64,000 nt of DNA from Azolla caroliniana (GCA_043228905.1 JBHGNT010000007.1:1798001-1862000), one strand, 5' to 3'. Positions 1 through 11,200 are shown, counted from the stretch's first letter. A program made the numbers and translations. Notes: generated from the sequence alone by a model not told the origin.

Positions 1-550
1 CAAATTTGAATGGTTTTTAAGTCTAGAGTTTTGATAACCCACGAAGAACTTGAGGTTAATTTCCCCTTATGTGCTTTATAAGTAGTAAATATCCAATTGA
101 CCAAGTGTATCCTATAATATCTAAGTAGTAAGTGATTTAGATGACCAAGTATCATCTAAATCACGAAACAATAATCTCTACCATTGAGCACTTTATTGGT
201 ATTATATGACATGAAACCATCATGCTATAGTTTTGTCATTATGTTTGATTCAATGGACACTAAAATAGTCCAAGACATTTACACGTCATAGAATGCCTAA
301 AGATTTTACTTGATGGTTTTCATGTGTTTAATATTCCGTTATTCCGTTATTTTGTCCTCCTAGGACTTGTATTTGACATATTATTTATGACATTTGACAT
401 TTTATTGGACTTCAATTTTAAGATAATGAGTTATGGTGTCGTGATTTGGGAACCTCACATGAGGAAATGTATTAGATGTAAGTTATATGAAAGGTTCAAG
501 GGTAGAAGAATTATGATGAGGACTTTCGTTGCCAAGGTAGTGAAAGGACA

Positions 551-603
551 TAGCTCGATTGGTAAGAGCTTACCTTTAAAACAATAAGGTCAAGGGTTTA
601 AAA
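551..603 (+). other. tRNA-derived fragment (Pol III A box with intact D-arm, degenerate B box)
   Basis: TAGCTCGATTGGTAAGAGC has a paired GCTC/GAGC D-stem. It is followed at tRNA spacing by ATAAGGTCAAGGGTTTAAAAC. The 3' part lies in a 22-bp tandem duplication (575-618). No acceptor or anticodon stem. Confidence 0.55.
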
Positions 604-2599
604 CAATAAGGTCGAGGGAGAAAAGAGCTCAATTTCAAGGGGTGGAAATTTGTACATGGTGAAAGCACTGTCGAATTTTTACGGGAGCTTAAGAGAGCAA
701 TCAAAACCACCGATGACAAAAGGCAATGAAGCCATCTCTCACATGTCTCTTCAGGATCTCCTCAAAATTGTGCCTATTCGTATAATGTTTGTACATTGCT
801 TTCTTATCTATGCGTCGTCAAGCTACTCCACGTAACAAAGCTTAGTCTTAACTTGTATATGAATCAATTTCTTGAGCCTTCGATGTAATTTTTTACTTTT
901 TGATATTTATATAGAATTAATTCTAGTAAATCTACTCAAGGTATTGCTTCTTAGTATAGACACAGAACATGACGAGTGCATTCGATGCTGCAACAACACA
1001 CAAAAGGGACTCCAGTGCACCGCCCTTTGCTTCCTCTCTAGTCGCAGATCTCACGGTGAACTTCTATCTCTCTACTGTTGCAGAACTTCTACTTAACAAA
1101 GTTTCCCATAATATATATTTCTTACGAAAGAACAAACCGACTCTCTCTTCATTACACTTATTCAACCTCGGTTGCAAGGTGAGTTAGCACAAATAATCGC
1201 CATCAAATTTCTCGGTAAGGGTTGCTATCACATTGAATTTAATAGTGGTAATATGGTGGATAAATTGCTTCTATTGGGTAGTGTTAAGATCAAAGGAATA
1301 TGGATGCAATTTTTAAAATGGTATGTGGGATTCAATTTAGATGACTTAAGAGACACAATTTCTAGGCGATTTGTTTCTCTGTAATGTTCCCGGCCTTACC
1401 CAAAGAGTGGCGACCGGTAATAAATGATATTGCGGCCACAATTGGGCATTTGATAGATGACGATGTAGAAATTGATAGGTTTAATTCAAAAAACCATAAT
1501 ACACCAATAGTGTGATTGTTAGGTCCTAGTAATATGGTTCTTCCCGCATCGATTCGATTGCCGCCATTGAGTGGTGGCAAAGCGCGATTACAAAAGATTA
1601 TATATGTTGGATTGCCGAATCAATGCTTCAAATGTTGGCAAATTGGGCATATGCCAGAATGCACCTCATGTGAATAGCATGGAAAAATATAAAGAAAAGG
1701 GGGCTACAGATGTGGTGGACGAGTGGACTACAGTGAGAAAAGGAAAAGGTCTTCTTGCAAAGAATGTGAACCTTTCTAACAAATGGGTTCCAAAAAGGAA
1801 TAGATTTGGACCCATTGGTAATCTCACACAAACCTTGCCACTGGATGATGTTTTGGTTGAGGAGGTAGATGAATCTTCCATTACAAAACATAAAATTGAT
1901 ATGGATCGAATTATAGATCGTGACCTTTCTAATTCTTCAATGAATATAGGTGTTAATGATTTACTAGACTCCTTGGTAGGTGAGGCACATACCAAGGATA
2001 ATCATAACTTGGTCCACAATTATAATGAGTATTTAGGGATGAAGGGAGATGAAAACTTGCCATTAGTTGTATATGCAGAAAACGAAGATTACACGGCGTC
2101 AAGAAGACTCTAATGTGGAAAAAAGTGGGGAAGAGGTTAACTTGTTGCAAATTATGACTACTGAAATTTGTCACTCATCAAGGGAGGATCCCCATAATTA
2201 CAATGGCCATATAACTAGATCAAGGGAAAAGGAGTTAGAGAGTGGGTTTAATTCTAATCACCACCTTAATTGGGAAACCAACGTTGCAGTTGTGCATAGT
2301 ATTCTTAATAAGGTCATGGATAGAAATAGTATGATTAATCGATTTATGCAGCATGCAAAGAATCATGGTATTATTTCTTATTCAAATAAGATGTCCTTTA
2401 AGGGATTGAAAATTAGCAATAAAGCTTATAAGTTTAAAAAGTCTACATTTGATGGGAGAACTAAGGTTAATAAGCGATTGTTGTTGAGTTTTTTATCTTG
2501 GAACGTTCAAGGGTTTGGAGGGGCTCTTAGTAAGAAGTTTAAAGGTAGATTCCGTCAAGAGTTACATAAGTTTAATGTGGGTGTCTGTGATATGATATA

Positions 2600-3037
2600 T
2601 GTCATGAGATGACAAGACTCGAACCCATGACCTTATGGTATATGGGTCGAGCTCTTAACCATCTCACCATCTATTGTAATTCATAGAATATTATTTTCAT
2701 TTATGTTTTATTATAAGAAAGTAATGTATATTCCAGATTTCTCTGGAACATTCTAGAAGCTTCAGGATTATTCCTGAGAACACTATAAAAGAAGGCACTA
2801 AGCATTATGTTGAACCAAATTGGTTCAACACCAGTCTTAAGCCTCTTAGTCGATTTGTACTTATCTTTCATATAATATAAGAGCTGTTGTCATCATCCTA
2901 TTTCTCTCTCTCTCTCCTCTTCTCACTTCCTCTCTCTCGGGAATCTTACGCAGTCCCGTCCTCTTAGTACTAATAGTACTAATAGTACTACTCTTCTTAG
3001 TACTAATTCCATCTCTGTTTTAGTACTATTCCCGACA
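2600..3037 (+). repeat. 5' LTR of chromovirus
   Basis: TGTCATGAG...CCCGACA; TATAAAA at 2784; direct repeat of 7845-8282. Confidence 0.97.
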
Positions 3038-3039
3038 GT

Positions 3040-3052
3040 TTGAACCAATTTG
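3040..3052 (+). promoter_or_regulatory. Non-tRNA primer-binding site (putative self-priming)
   Basis: TTGAACCAATTTG is the exact reverse complement of LTR 2816-2828 and lacks the TGG of a tRNA PBS. Confidence 0.75.
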
Positions 3053-3106
3053 TTCCTCTAGCCTACTTGTCACTCTCCCTCATCTTCCTACCCTTTCCCC
3101 TATACT

Positions 3107-4264
3107 ATGGCTACTGTTAGCGCCCAAGAATACCAATCCGTTTTCTCCGAGCTACAGTGCCTAAAAGAAAAGTTTGTTGCCTTGGAACAAGAAAACCAAC
3201 GGCTGATAGGGGATCTGCAACAAATCGCTCTAGAAAAACAACAAACGCAACAACAACATGGGGAGTTAGCGTTACGGGTACAACAACTCGAAGCAGCGTT
3301 GCAACAACAAGGATCCAGTCCCCAAGGATTTCATAAAGAGCCCAAGATTGGACTTCCTGTGAAATTTGATGGAACGCGTTCGCAATTTCGGGGATTCCTT
3401 AATCAGGTACGCTTAGTCATCCAGATGCATCCTTTCCGATATCCCACTGATGCATCTCGAGTCGGCCTAATAGGCACGCTACTTAGCGGCTCAGCCTTGG
3501 CATGGTTCGCTCCGCTTCTAGAAAAACAATCGCCCTTGCTTAATAACTTTGAAGATTTTATTGGTGAGTTTAAAGCCTGCTTTGGAGACACCGACAGCAT
3601 CAGGACGGCGATCAACAAGATCCGGCGATTGCGTCAAGGCGATCGTCCAGCCTCTGCCTACGCGGCGGATTTCCGCCTACTTGCTTCAGATATACCCTGG
3701 GATGATCAAGCACTAATGGAGCAGTTTCGCTATGGCTTGCGAAACGATGTCAAAGATCTACTTCTAACTTTCCCCGAAGAACCAAAGTCTCTTACGGAGG
3801 CAATCAGTCGAGCAGTTCGATGTGACAACCGCCTTTTTGAACGGCGTTCAGAACGTCAATTACAGATACCACGCTCTAGGCCAGAGCCCACTTACGCCGC
3901 AGTCGCGGCTAAACCGTTTGCACGAGACATACCTCAAGCAAATACTTCGACACCGATGGAGATCGATACCATGCGTCGACGCGGCCCGTTATCGGAAGAA
4001 GAAAAGCAACGACGACGTGCCAATCGATTATGCCTTTATTGCGGTGGACCAGGACATATCGCCATCAATTGTCCCCATAGGCCAAGAAGACAGGTAAATC
4101 AAATTGTCGCCTGTACTAAACCTGAGTCAATTCTTCCCTTCGGAGTGTCTGATAGTAGTAATAGTACTAATAGAGTGTCAGATAGTATTCATAGTACTAA
4201 TAGCCCAAGTATCTCAAATAAATTTGAAATCCTTAGTCAATTAGATGAAGAGTTAAACGATTGA
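3107..4264 (+). CDS. gag: Gag (coiled coil, PEG10/sushi-like capsid, CCHC zinc knuckle)
   Basis: 385 aa; EPKIGLPVKFDG, LRQG...AYAADFR, PMEID, CLYCGGPGHIAINC. Confidence 0.95.
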   Translation: MATVSAQEYQSVFSELQCLKEKFVALEQENQRLIGDLQQIALEKQQTQQQHGELALRVQQLEAALQQQGSSPQGFHKEPKIGLPVKFDGTRSQFRGFLNQVRLVIQMHPFRYPTDASRVGLIGTLLSGSALAWFAPLLEKQSPLLNNFEDFIGEFKACFGDTDSIRTAINKIRRLRQGDRPASAYAADFRLLASDIPWDDQALMEQFRYGLRNDVKDLLLTFPEEPKSLTEAISRAVRCDNRLFERRSERQLQIPRSRPEPTYAAVAAKPFARDIPQANTSTPMEIDTMRRRGPLSEEEKQRRRANRLCLYCGGPGHIAINCPHRPRRQVNQIVACTKPESILPFGVSDSSNSTNRVSDSIHSTNSPSISNKFEILSQLDEELND

Positions 4265-4306
4265 GTCCAGCCAAAATAGGAGCCATTTGGTTGGACAGCA
4301 GCCCTA
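4252..4306 (+). promoter_or_regulatory. -1 programmed ribosomal frameshift signal
   Basis: G_TTA_AAC heptamer at 4252-4258 in the gag/pol overlap, a 6-nt spacer, then an 11-bp stem 4265-4275/4286-4296. Confidence 0.75.
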
Positions 4307-7300
4307 GATCTGTACAGCCCATTAGTGGTTCCATTCCTTCCAAGCAAGTTAGCAATGTGTTCCTAGCCCAAGTCATTGTTAGTACTAAAAGTACTCCCCC
4401 AGTACCCGTCCTAGCACTTTTAGATTCCGGAGCTAATTCCTGTTTCATGGATCGAAATTTTGCCCAAGCTTCTCAGATATCCTTAAGAAAACTTCCTTGT
4501 CCCGCATCTGTAGTGGTCATTGATGGTCGTCCCATTGCTTCCGGGAATATTGTAGAAGAATCAGAACCCATTCAAGTTGTCCTAGGTAGTTTTGTGTGTA
4601 TAATATCATTTAATATAATTAGTAGTCCAGAGCATCCCATTGTCCTAGGATTACCTTGGCTTGAGTTACATAATCCAGCCATAGATTGGAGAACAAGAGA
4701 AGTCCGATATCGACCACCCCAAGAATCAACTCGCCGAGTTTCGACCATTTCACTCCATCAACTACGCGAAGAAGGACCCAAGGAGGCAATGTTCCTATTT
4801 TCCATATCAGTACATCCTTCCAACACTATTAAGAAGGACTCCTCAGTACAACTTCCGGCAAAATATCATCCTTATGCCGATGTATTTGACAAGGTAAAAG
4901 CCGGTACCCTTCCTCATCACCGTCCCTATGACTGTCCCATCGATTTACAACCAGGAACCGAGCCACCATGGGGACCAATTTACAACCTGTCACCCACCGA
5001 GTTAGAAGTCCTTCGAGCCTACATAGAGGAGAACTTGGCAAGCGGGTTCATCCGTCATTCGAAATCTCCGGCCGGTGCACCCATCTTCTTTGTCAAGAAG
5101 AAAGATGGCTCACTTCGTCTTGTCGTTGATTACCGCGGATTAAATAAAGTCACCATCCGGAATAGGTATGCACTTCCTCTTATATCAAGTCTTTTAGAGC
5201 GAGTTAATGGTGCCAAGTTTTTTACTAAAATCGACCTACGCGGAGCGTATAATCTCGTGCGGATCCGACCGGGAGATGAGTGGAAGACCGCTTTTCGCAC
5301 GCGGTATGGGCATTTTGAGTATACTGTTATGCCGTTTGGCCTAACCAATGCACCCGCAGTCTTCCAACACATGGCAAATGATATATTCAGAGACCTCTTG
5401 GATATCTGTTTGATCATTTATCTGGATGATCTGTTGATTTATTCGAAGACCCAGGAAGAGCACGACTCTCATGTACTATTAGTACTAAAGCGACTCCGCG
5501 AGAATGGTCTTTATGCCAAGCTAGAAAAATGTAGCTTTGACTGCAAGCAAGTGGAATTTCTAGGCTACGTCATCTCCTCAAAGGGCATCGCCATGGATCC
5601 AGCTAAGATCCAAACTGTACTAGAGTGGCAAATTCCACGGTCGGTACGAGATGTACAATGTTTTCTAGGTTTTGCTAACTTCTACCGTAAGTTTATACAG
5701 GATTACTCGAAGATTATTTTACCTCTCACACAACTTACGAAGAAGGGCCAAGCATTTCTTTGGTCCATTGAAGCAGATATGGCTTTTCGGCATCTTAAGA
5801 AAGCCTTTACATCAGCACCGATTCTAGCTCATGTGGATACAAGCAAACCATTCATCATGGAGGCCGACGCATCAGATTTCGCCCTCGGTAGCATCCTTTC
5901 TCAACAAGGTGATAAAGAAGAGTTGCATCCGGTGGCTTTTCATTCGCGCAAATTCGATGTCGCAGAAATCAACTACGAAATACATGACAAGGAGTTATTA
6001 GCCATCGTGGATTCATTTGTACAATGGCGGCATTTCTTAGAGGGCTCTCCACATCAGGTCATTGTCTTCAGCGATCATAAAAATCTTGCTTATTTTCAGA
6101 ACGCTCGCGTACTAAATCGACGGCAAGCTCGGTGGGCGCAATTCCTCACGCGTTTCGACTTCAAAATCACATATCGACCGGGGAAGCAGCAAGGAAAAGC
6201 AGATGCACTATCACGACGTTCATATCTTGCACCTCGTCCTGGTGAAGCAACATTTGATAATCAAAAGCAAGTAATCTTGGGACCAACACGATTGCACACG
6301 ACGCGGATTTTTCACACCCCGATGGATTCACGGATTACCGATGACATACGTGCAACCTTGAAGACAGATAGTTTTGCTCAAGACATCCTGGCGCACATTG
6401 ATACTTCTCGGGCATCCTGTTCTCAGTCTCAACAACCAGGTATTGACTACCGACAATTCGAATATCATGATGGTTTGTTATTCTTTAAAAAGCGCGTATA
6501 TGTCCCCGATTGCTCCTGTCGCCTTCAAATTGTCCAACATTGTCACGACACCCATACGGCGGGACATTTCGGTAGTACTAAGACGTTGGAGCTAGTGCAG
6601 CGATCTTTTTGGTGGCCCCACATGCGCCGTTTTGTCGACGACTACGTTCGGACCTGTGATGCTTGCTGCCGAGCAAAGATGCCACGACACCATCCATATG
6701 GCTTGTTGGAACCTTTACCAATTCCAAGTAAGCCATGGCAGTCTATTTGTCTTGATTTTATCACAGATCTGCCGGTCTCGAAAGGGTTCGATGCTATCCT
6801 AACCGTCGTCGATCGATATACGAAGATGGCACATTTTGTGCCATGTACTAAAGCCATCACTAGCGAGGAAACCGCCGCTCTTGTTATGCGTGAGGTTTTT
6901 CGGCATCATGGCCTCCCAGACAGTATTATCAGTGACCGAGGCCCGCAATTTGTCTCCAAATTTTGGCAGCATCTCTTCAAGATGCTCAAGGTCTCCTGCA
7001 ACCTCTCCTCCGGCTACCATCCTCAAACCGACGGACAGGCGGAACGAACAAACCAAACGCTGGAGCAATATCTCCGGTGTTTCCTGAGTTATCAACAGGA
7101 CGATTGGGTCGAGATTCTCCACTTTGCGGAGTTTGCGTATAATAATGCTATTCACTCCTCGACTCGGGTCTCCCCATTTTTCGCTTATACCGGTTTCCAT
7201 CCTCGCTGGTCGGTGATCGACACTCCGGAGCTACCTACCAACCCTCGTGCCGAGGATCATTTGGAGAGGCTACGCAAGATCCAGATGGATCTCTCTACTC

Positions 7301-7833
7301 ACCTTCGTCATGCTCAACACACACAGAAGACTTATGCGGATCGTCATCGGATTCCCTCCTCTTTTGCCATCGGAGATCGAGTATGGCTCTTACGTCGTCA
7401 CATCAAGACTACTCGACCGTGCGACAAGTTGGATTATCGACGACTCGGTCCTTTCCGTATTACGGGGAAGATTAATGATGTCACCTTCCGCCTTGATCTC
7501 CCTCCGCAGCTTCAGATACATCCGGTTTTCCATTGTTCTCTTCTTGAACCTTATAAAGCAAACACCATTCCCGATCGTGTGACACCACCGCCGCCCCCAC
7601 TGGAGTTGGACGCCGGCCCGGAGTATGAAGTTGCTGCCATCCTCGATTCCAAACTTGTTCGCAACAAACTCTATTACTTGGTCGATTGGCTCGGTTATAG
7701 TCCGAGTGAACGTACTTGGGAACCCGTCGAGAATGTTGCCAATGCACAAGATCTTCTTGCTGATTTCCACCGAAAGTATCCGGACAAACCCGGTCCGCAA
7801 GTAGCGCTGACTCGTTCCACTCGTCGTCTTTAA
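4261..7833 (+). CDS. pol: Pol: protease-RT-RNase H-integrase-chromodomain (reached by -1 frameshift)
   Basis: LLDSGA, YLDD, EADASD, HHCC zinc finger, DDE core, GPF motif, chromodomain EYEV...YLVDWLGY...TWEP. The frame has no ATG at its start. Confidence 0.95.
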   Translation: MSPAKIGAIWLDSSPRSVQPISGSIPSKQVSNVFLAQVIVSTKSTPPVPVLALLDSGANSCFMDRNFAQASQISLRKLPCPASVVVIDGRPIASGNIVEESEPIQVVLGSFVCIISFNIISSPEHPIVLGLPWLELHNPAIDWRTREVRYRPPQESTRRVSTISLHQLREEGPKEAMFLFSISVHPSNTIKKDSSVQLPAKYHPYADVFDKVKAGTLPHHRPYDCPIDLQPGTEPPWGPIYNLSPTELEVLRAYIEENLASGFIRHSKSPAGAPIFFVKKKDGSLRLVVDYRGLNKVTIRNRYALPLISSLLERVNGAKFFTKIDLRGAYNLVRIRPGDEWKTAFRTRYGHFEYTVMPFGLTNAPAVFQHMANDIFRDLLDICLIIYLDDLLIYSKTQEEHDSHVLLVLKRLRENGLYAKLEKCSFDCKQVEFLGYVISSKGIAMDPAKIQTVLEWQIPRSVRDVQCFLGFANFYRKFIQDYSKIILPLTQLTKKGQAFLWSIEADMAFRHLKKAFTSAPILAHVDTSKPFIMEADASDFALGSILSQQGDKEELHPVAFHSRKFDVAEINYEIHDKELLAIVDSFVQWRHFLEGSPHQVIVFSDHKNLAYFQNARVLNRRQARWAQFLTRFDFKITYRPGKQQGKADALSRRSYLAPRPGEATFDNQKQVILGPTRLHTTRIFHTPMDSRITDDIRATLKTDSFAQDILAHIDTSRASCSQSQQPGIDYRQFEYHDGLLFFKKRVYVPDCSCRLQIVQHCHDTHTAGHFGSTKTLELVQRSFWWPHMRRFVDDYVRTCDACCRAKMPRHHPYGLLEPLPIPSKPWQSICLDFITDLPVSKGFDAILTVVDRYTKMAHFVPCTKAITSEETAALVMREVFRHHGLPDSIISDRGPQFVSKFWQHLFKMLKVSCNLSSGYHPQTDGQAERTNQTLEQYLRCFLSYQQDDWVEILHFAEFAYNNAIHSSTRVSPFFAYTGFHPRWSVIDTPELPTNPRAEDHLERLRKIQMDLSTHLRHAQHTQKTYADRHRIPSSFAIGDRVWLLRRHIKTTRPCDKLDYRRLGPFRITGKINDVTFRLDLPPQLQIHPVFHCSLLEPYKANTIPDRVTPPPPPLELDAGPEYEVAAILDSKLVRNKLYYLVDWLGYSPSERTWEPVENVANAQDLLADFHRKYPDKPGPQVALTRSTRRL

Positions 7834-7844
7834 GGGGGAGATAG
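7832..7844 (+). promoter_or_regulatory. Polypurine tract
   Basis: AAGGGGGAGATAG immediately before the 3' LTR. Confidence 0.9.
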
Positions 7845-8282
7845 TGTCATGAGATGACAAGACTCGAACCCATGACCTTATGGTATATGGGTCGAGCTCT
7901 TAACCATCTCACCATCTATTGTAATTCATAGAATATTATTTTCATTTATGTTTTATTATAAGAAAGTAATGTATATTCCAGATTTCTCTGGAACATTCTA
8001 GAAGCTTCAGGATTATTCCTGAGAACACTATAAAAGAAGGCACTAAGCATTATGTTGAACCAAATTGGTTCAACACCAGTCTTAAGCCTCTTAGTCGATT
8101 TGTACTTATCTTTCATATAATATAAGAGCTGTTGTCATCATCCTATTTCTCTCTCTCTCTCCTCTTCTCACTTCCTCTCTCTCGGGAATCTTACGCAGTC
8201 CCGTCCTCTTAGTACTAATAGTACTAATAGTACTACTCTTCTTAGTACTAATTCCATCTCTGTTTTAGTACTATTCCCGACA
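7845..8282 (+). repeat. 3' LTR of chromovirus
   Basis: Identical by eye to 2600-3037. Confidence 0.97.
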
Positions 8283-11200
8283 ATATGTTTACAAGAAACT
8301 CATCTATCGGATAAGCGAATAGCTACATATGGGAACATATTGAAAGGAAATTGGAAATACTATTGGAATCCTGCGATTGGCAATCAAAACAAGCATGGCG
8401 GTTTATGTATAGCCTTAGCAGAGAAATGGAGTCAGCAAGTGCTAGATTGTCATGTATTGGTCGATGGAAGAGCTCAATACATCATCCTATTGATCTCAGA
8501 CCTAAAGTTGGGCTTTCTTAATATTTATGCTCCGAATTCGAGAGGGCTAGAAAGGAATTTTGGTTTAAGATAGGAACTGATTTACTGTCAGTGGATCATT
8601 GGTGTATGGTGGGTGATTTTAATATGATTGAGGACTTTGGTGATACGATTGGAGGATCTCATGTTTTGATAAGTGCATCTGAGTTGATAACTTGGGAAAG
8701 ATTATGTCTATCATTCAGATTGCAATATGCATGGCATGTTACATCTTTTGCTCGATTAAAAGATTCATTAAGTTTCTCTCAATCAAATAGAAGAGAACAA
8801 GGGGGTAAATCTATCACGTTTGGATAGAATATACATTGATGATTTTTTTGTTGGGAAGGGTGGGGAGATTGGTATTGTATCAGGCTCTTTATTCTCAGAT
8901 CATGCACATGTGATTATGGTTGTTGGAAAACAACCATATCATAACAATAGTTGTGGTCGTATTCCAAAATGTATTTATTTGGATACATCTCTTAGACATG
9001 ATCTTTTACAGATGTGGAAAGTGCAAAATATATCTTCTGAAAATGTCTTGCAAATGGTTAACTCTGCTATTCAGAGTACATCGAAATTTCTTAGATTGCA
9101 AGTATTGAAGACTATGGAGAAATATAAGTTACAAATGGCTGCTAATAGAAGGGCTTTGAAGTCTCTTCAACATTTTCAGGAAAAATGTCCACATGCATCT
9201 TGGGTTGAAATGGAGTTGGGTCACTTAAGAAATGAACTAGCAAATTTAGAAGATAAGATATCTCAAACAAAGTTTCATGCTGCTGCTACAAAATGGGCTA
9301 GATTAGGTGATAATGTGAATTCCGAATTTTTCGCATATTATAAAGGTGGTCATTCAAGTAGTTATATGAGGCAACTTCAAAGGGAAGATGGGTCTATTAC
9401 AAAAGATATTAATGAAATGAGAGACATTGCTACGTCTTTTTATAAAAATTTACTGAATACCCAACAATTTTCAGTTCAACAACTCCAAAAAAGGAAAATA
9501 GTTTTGGATTGTCTAGAACATAAGGTCTCAAGTGAGATGGCCGAATCATTGGTAAAGGCAATCTCTTCTGTAGAGGTAAGAACTGCATTGGTGGTTGTTG
9601 GGAAGAATGTATGCCCAGGAAATGATGGATTGTCACCAGAATTCTTTTTAGAATATTGGGAGGATATAGCCGATGTTTTCACATCCTCTTTACAAGAAGT
9701 TTTTAAATTGGGAAGGATGCCTATTGAATGGAATGAAGGAATGGTTTATTTGATTCCAAAGTTAGAAGGTGTGGTGGATGATATTAAGAAATGGAGGCCT
9801 ATAACTCTTTTAAATATTGTATATAAAGTTTATGCTAAATTATTAGCAACATGTTTGCAACCTTTTCTTCCACATATTGTGCATAAAACTCAAACAGGCT
9901 TTATACAAGAAAGGAGTATATTTGATAATATTTTCATGTTTTGGGACGTGATAGCAATAGCTCAAGAAACAAAACAAGAATTGATAATATTGCTTTTGAA
10001 TTTTGAGAAAGCATATGACATAGTCGATTGGAATTTCTTATATGAAGTTATGGGTCGTCTAGGTCTTCCAAGTGACTATGTTAAAGCTATTTTTGCATTA
10101 TATAATTCAGCATCTAGTCGAGTTCTTGTTGGAGGAGCACTAGGTAATATTTTTCCGATTACTAGATCGGTGAGACAAGGATGTCCTTTGGCTCCATATT
10201 TATTTCTATTAGTGGGAGAAACCTTTAGTGCGTTCTTGCATAAAAATAGGTTATCTATTAAAGGAATACAGTGGCCAGGTGTGGAGGAGGTTGTGTTAGA
10301 TTGTGAATTTGCAGATGACACAACACTATACATTGTAGGAGATGACAGAAATATCTGTAATGTGCAAAATGTGATCCATGATTTTTGTGATGCTTCAGGT
10401 GCAATTATCAATTGGCATAAATCAGTGGGATTTTGGGTTGGGGAAGGTCGTACTCCTACTTGGTGTCCAAACAGTGGATTCTGTTGGATACGAAAGGGCT
10501 CTCCTGTGAGATATTTAGGGTGCCAAGTGGGAATTAATCTTCCTCCAGAAGCTCATACACAACCATTACTACTTTCTTTGAGGAAGAAATTGATCTTTTG
10601 GAAATCTACGAATTTGTCACTTGCGGGGAGGCTAGTTATTTCTATTCGAGTATTACTCTCCTCAATGTGGTATATTCTATCCTCTTTGTTATTCTCCAGA
10701 TCTTTGTTGTTAAAGTTACAGAGATTGAATAGAAATTTTTTGGGGATCTACCGATTTGAAGAATGTTAGACCAAAGGTAGCTTGGAAAACTATGATAACA
10801 CCGACTTCTCAAGGGGGTTATGGTTTGGTAGATCCCCTGATGCAATGTAAGGCATTATTGGCAAAATTTATAGTACGAGGATTACTGCCATGAAATGAGC
10901 TGTGGAAGATGCTTCTTCAGTTGAGAATGAAAGAGGTCTTCCCGAAAACTAGAGGTGAATGGACAAGGTCTCTCTGATGTTGGTTTATTCCTAACTTTCA
11001 TTCACATAAGATAGTGTTTCAAAATGATATTCTTTGCTACGATAAAGCGAGCTTGGTGGTCCATAAAGGATAATTTGCAACAAGTTCGACCCACTTCGAT
11101 GGATGAATGGTTACATCAGTCATTGGTTTGGAATCCTTTATTTCTAGATGTTGAGGGTCTATGTTGGGGAGGAGAGTCAGATTAAATTGGGTTCAAGTGG

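Larger units (their letters stand above)
2600..8282 (+). mobile_element. Intact Ty3/gypsy chromovirus (Tcn1/Tf1-sushi-like) LTR retrotransposon
   Basis: Two 438-bp TG...CA LTRs, identical by eye. gag and pol are intact with a C-terminal chromodomain, and there is a PPT. The 5-bp TSD is ATATA/ATATG (one mismatch). Confidence 0.97.
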
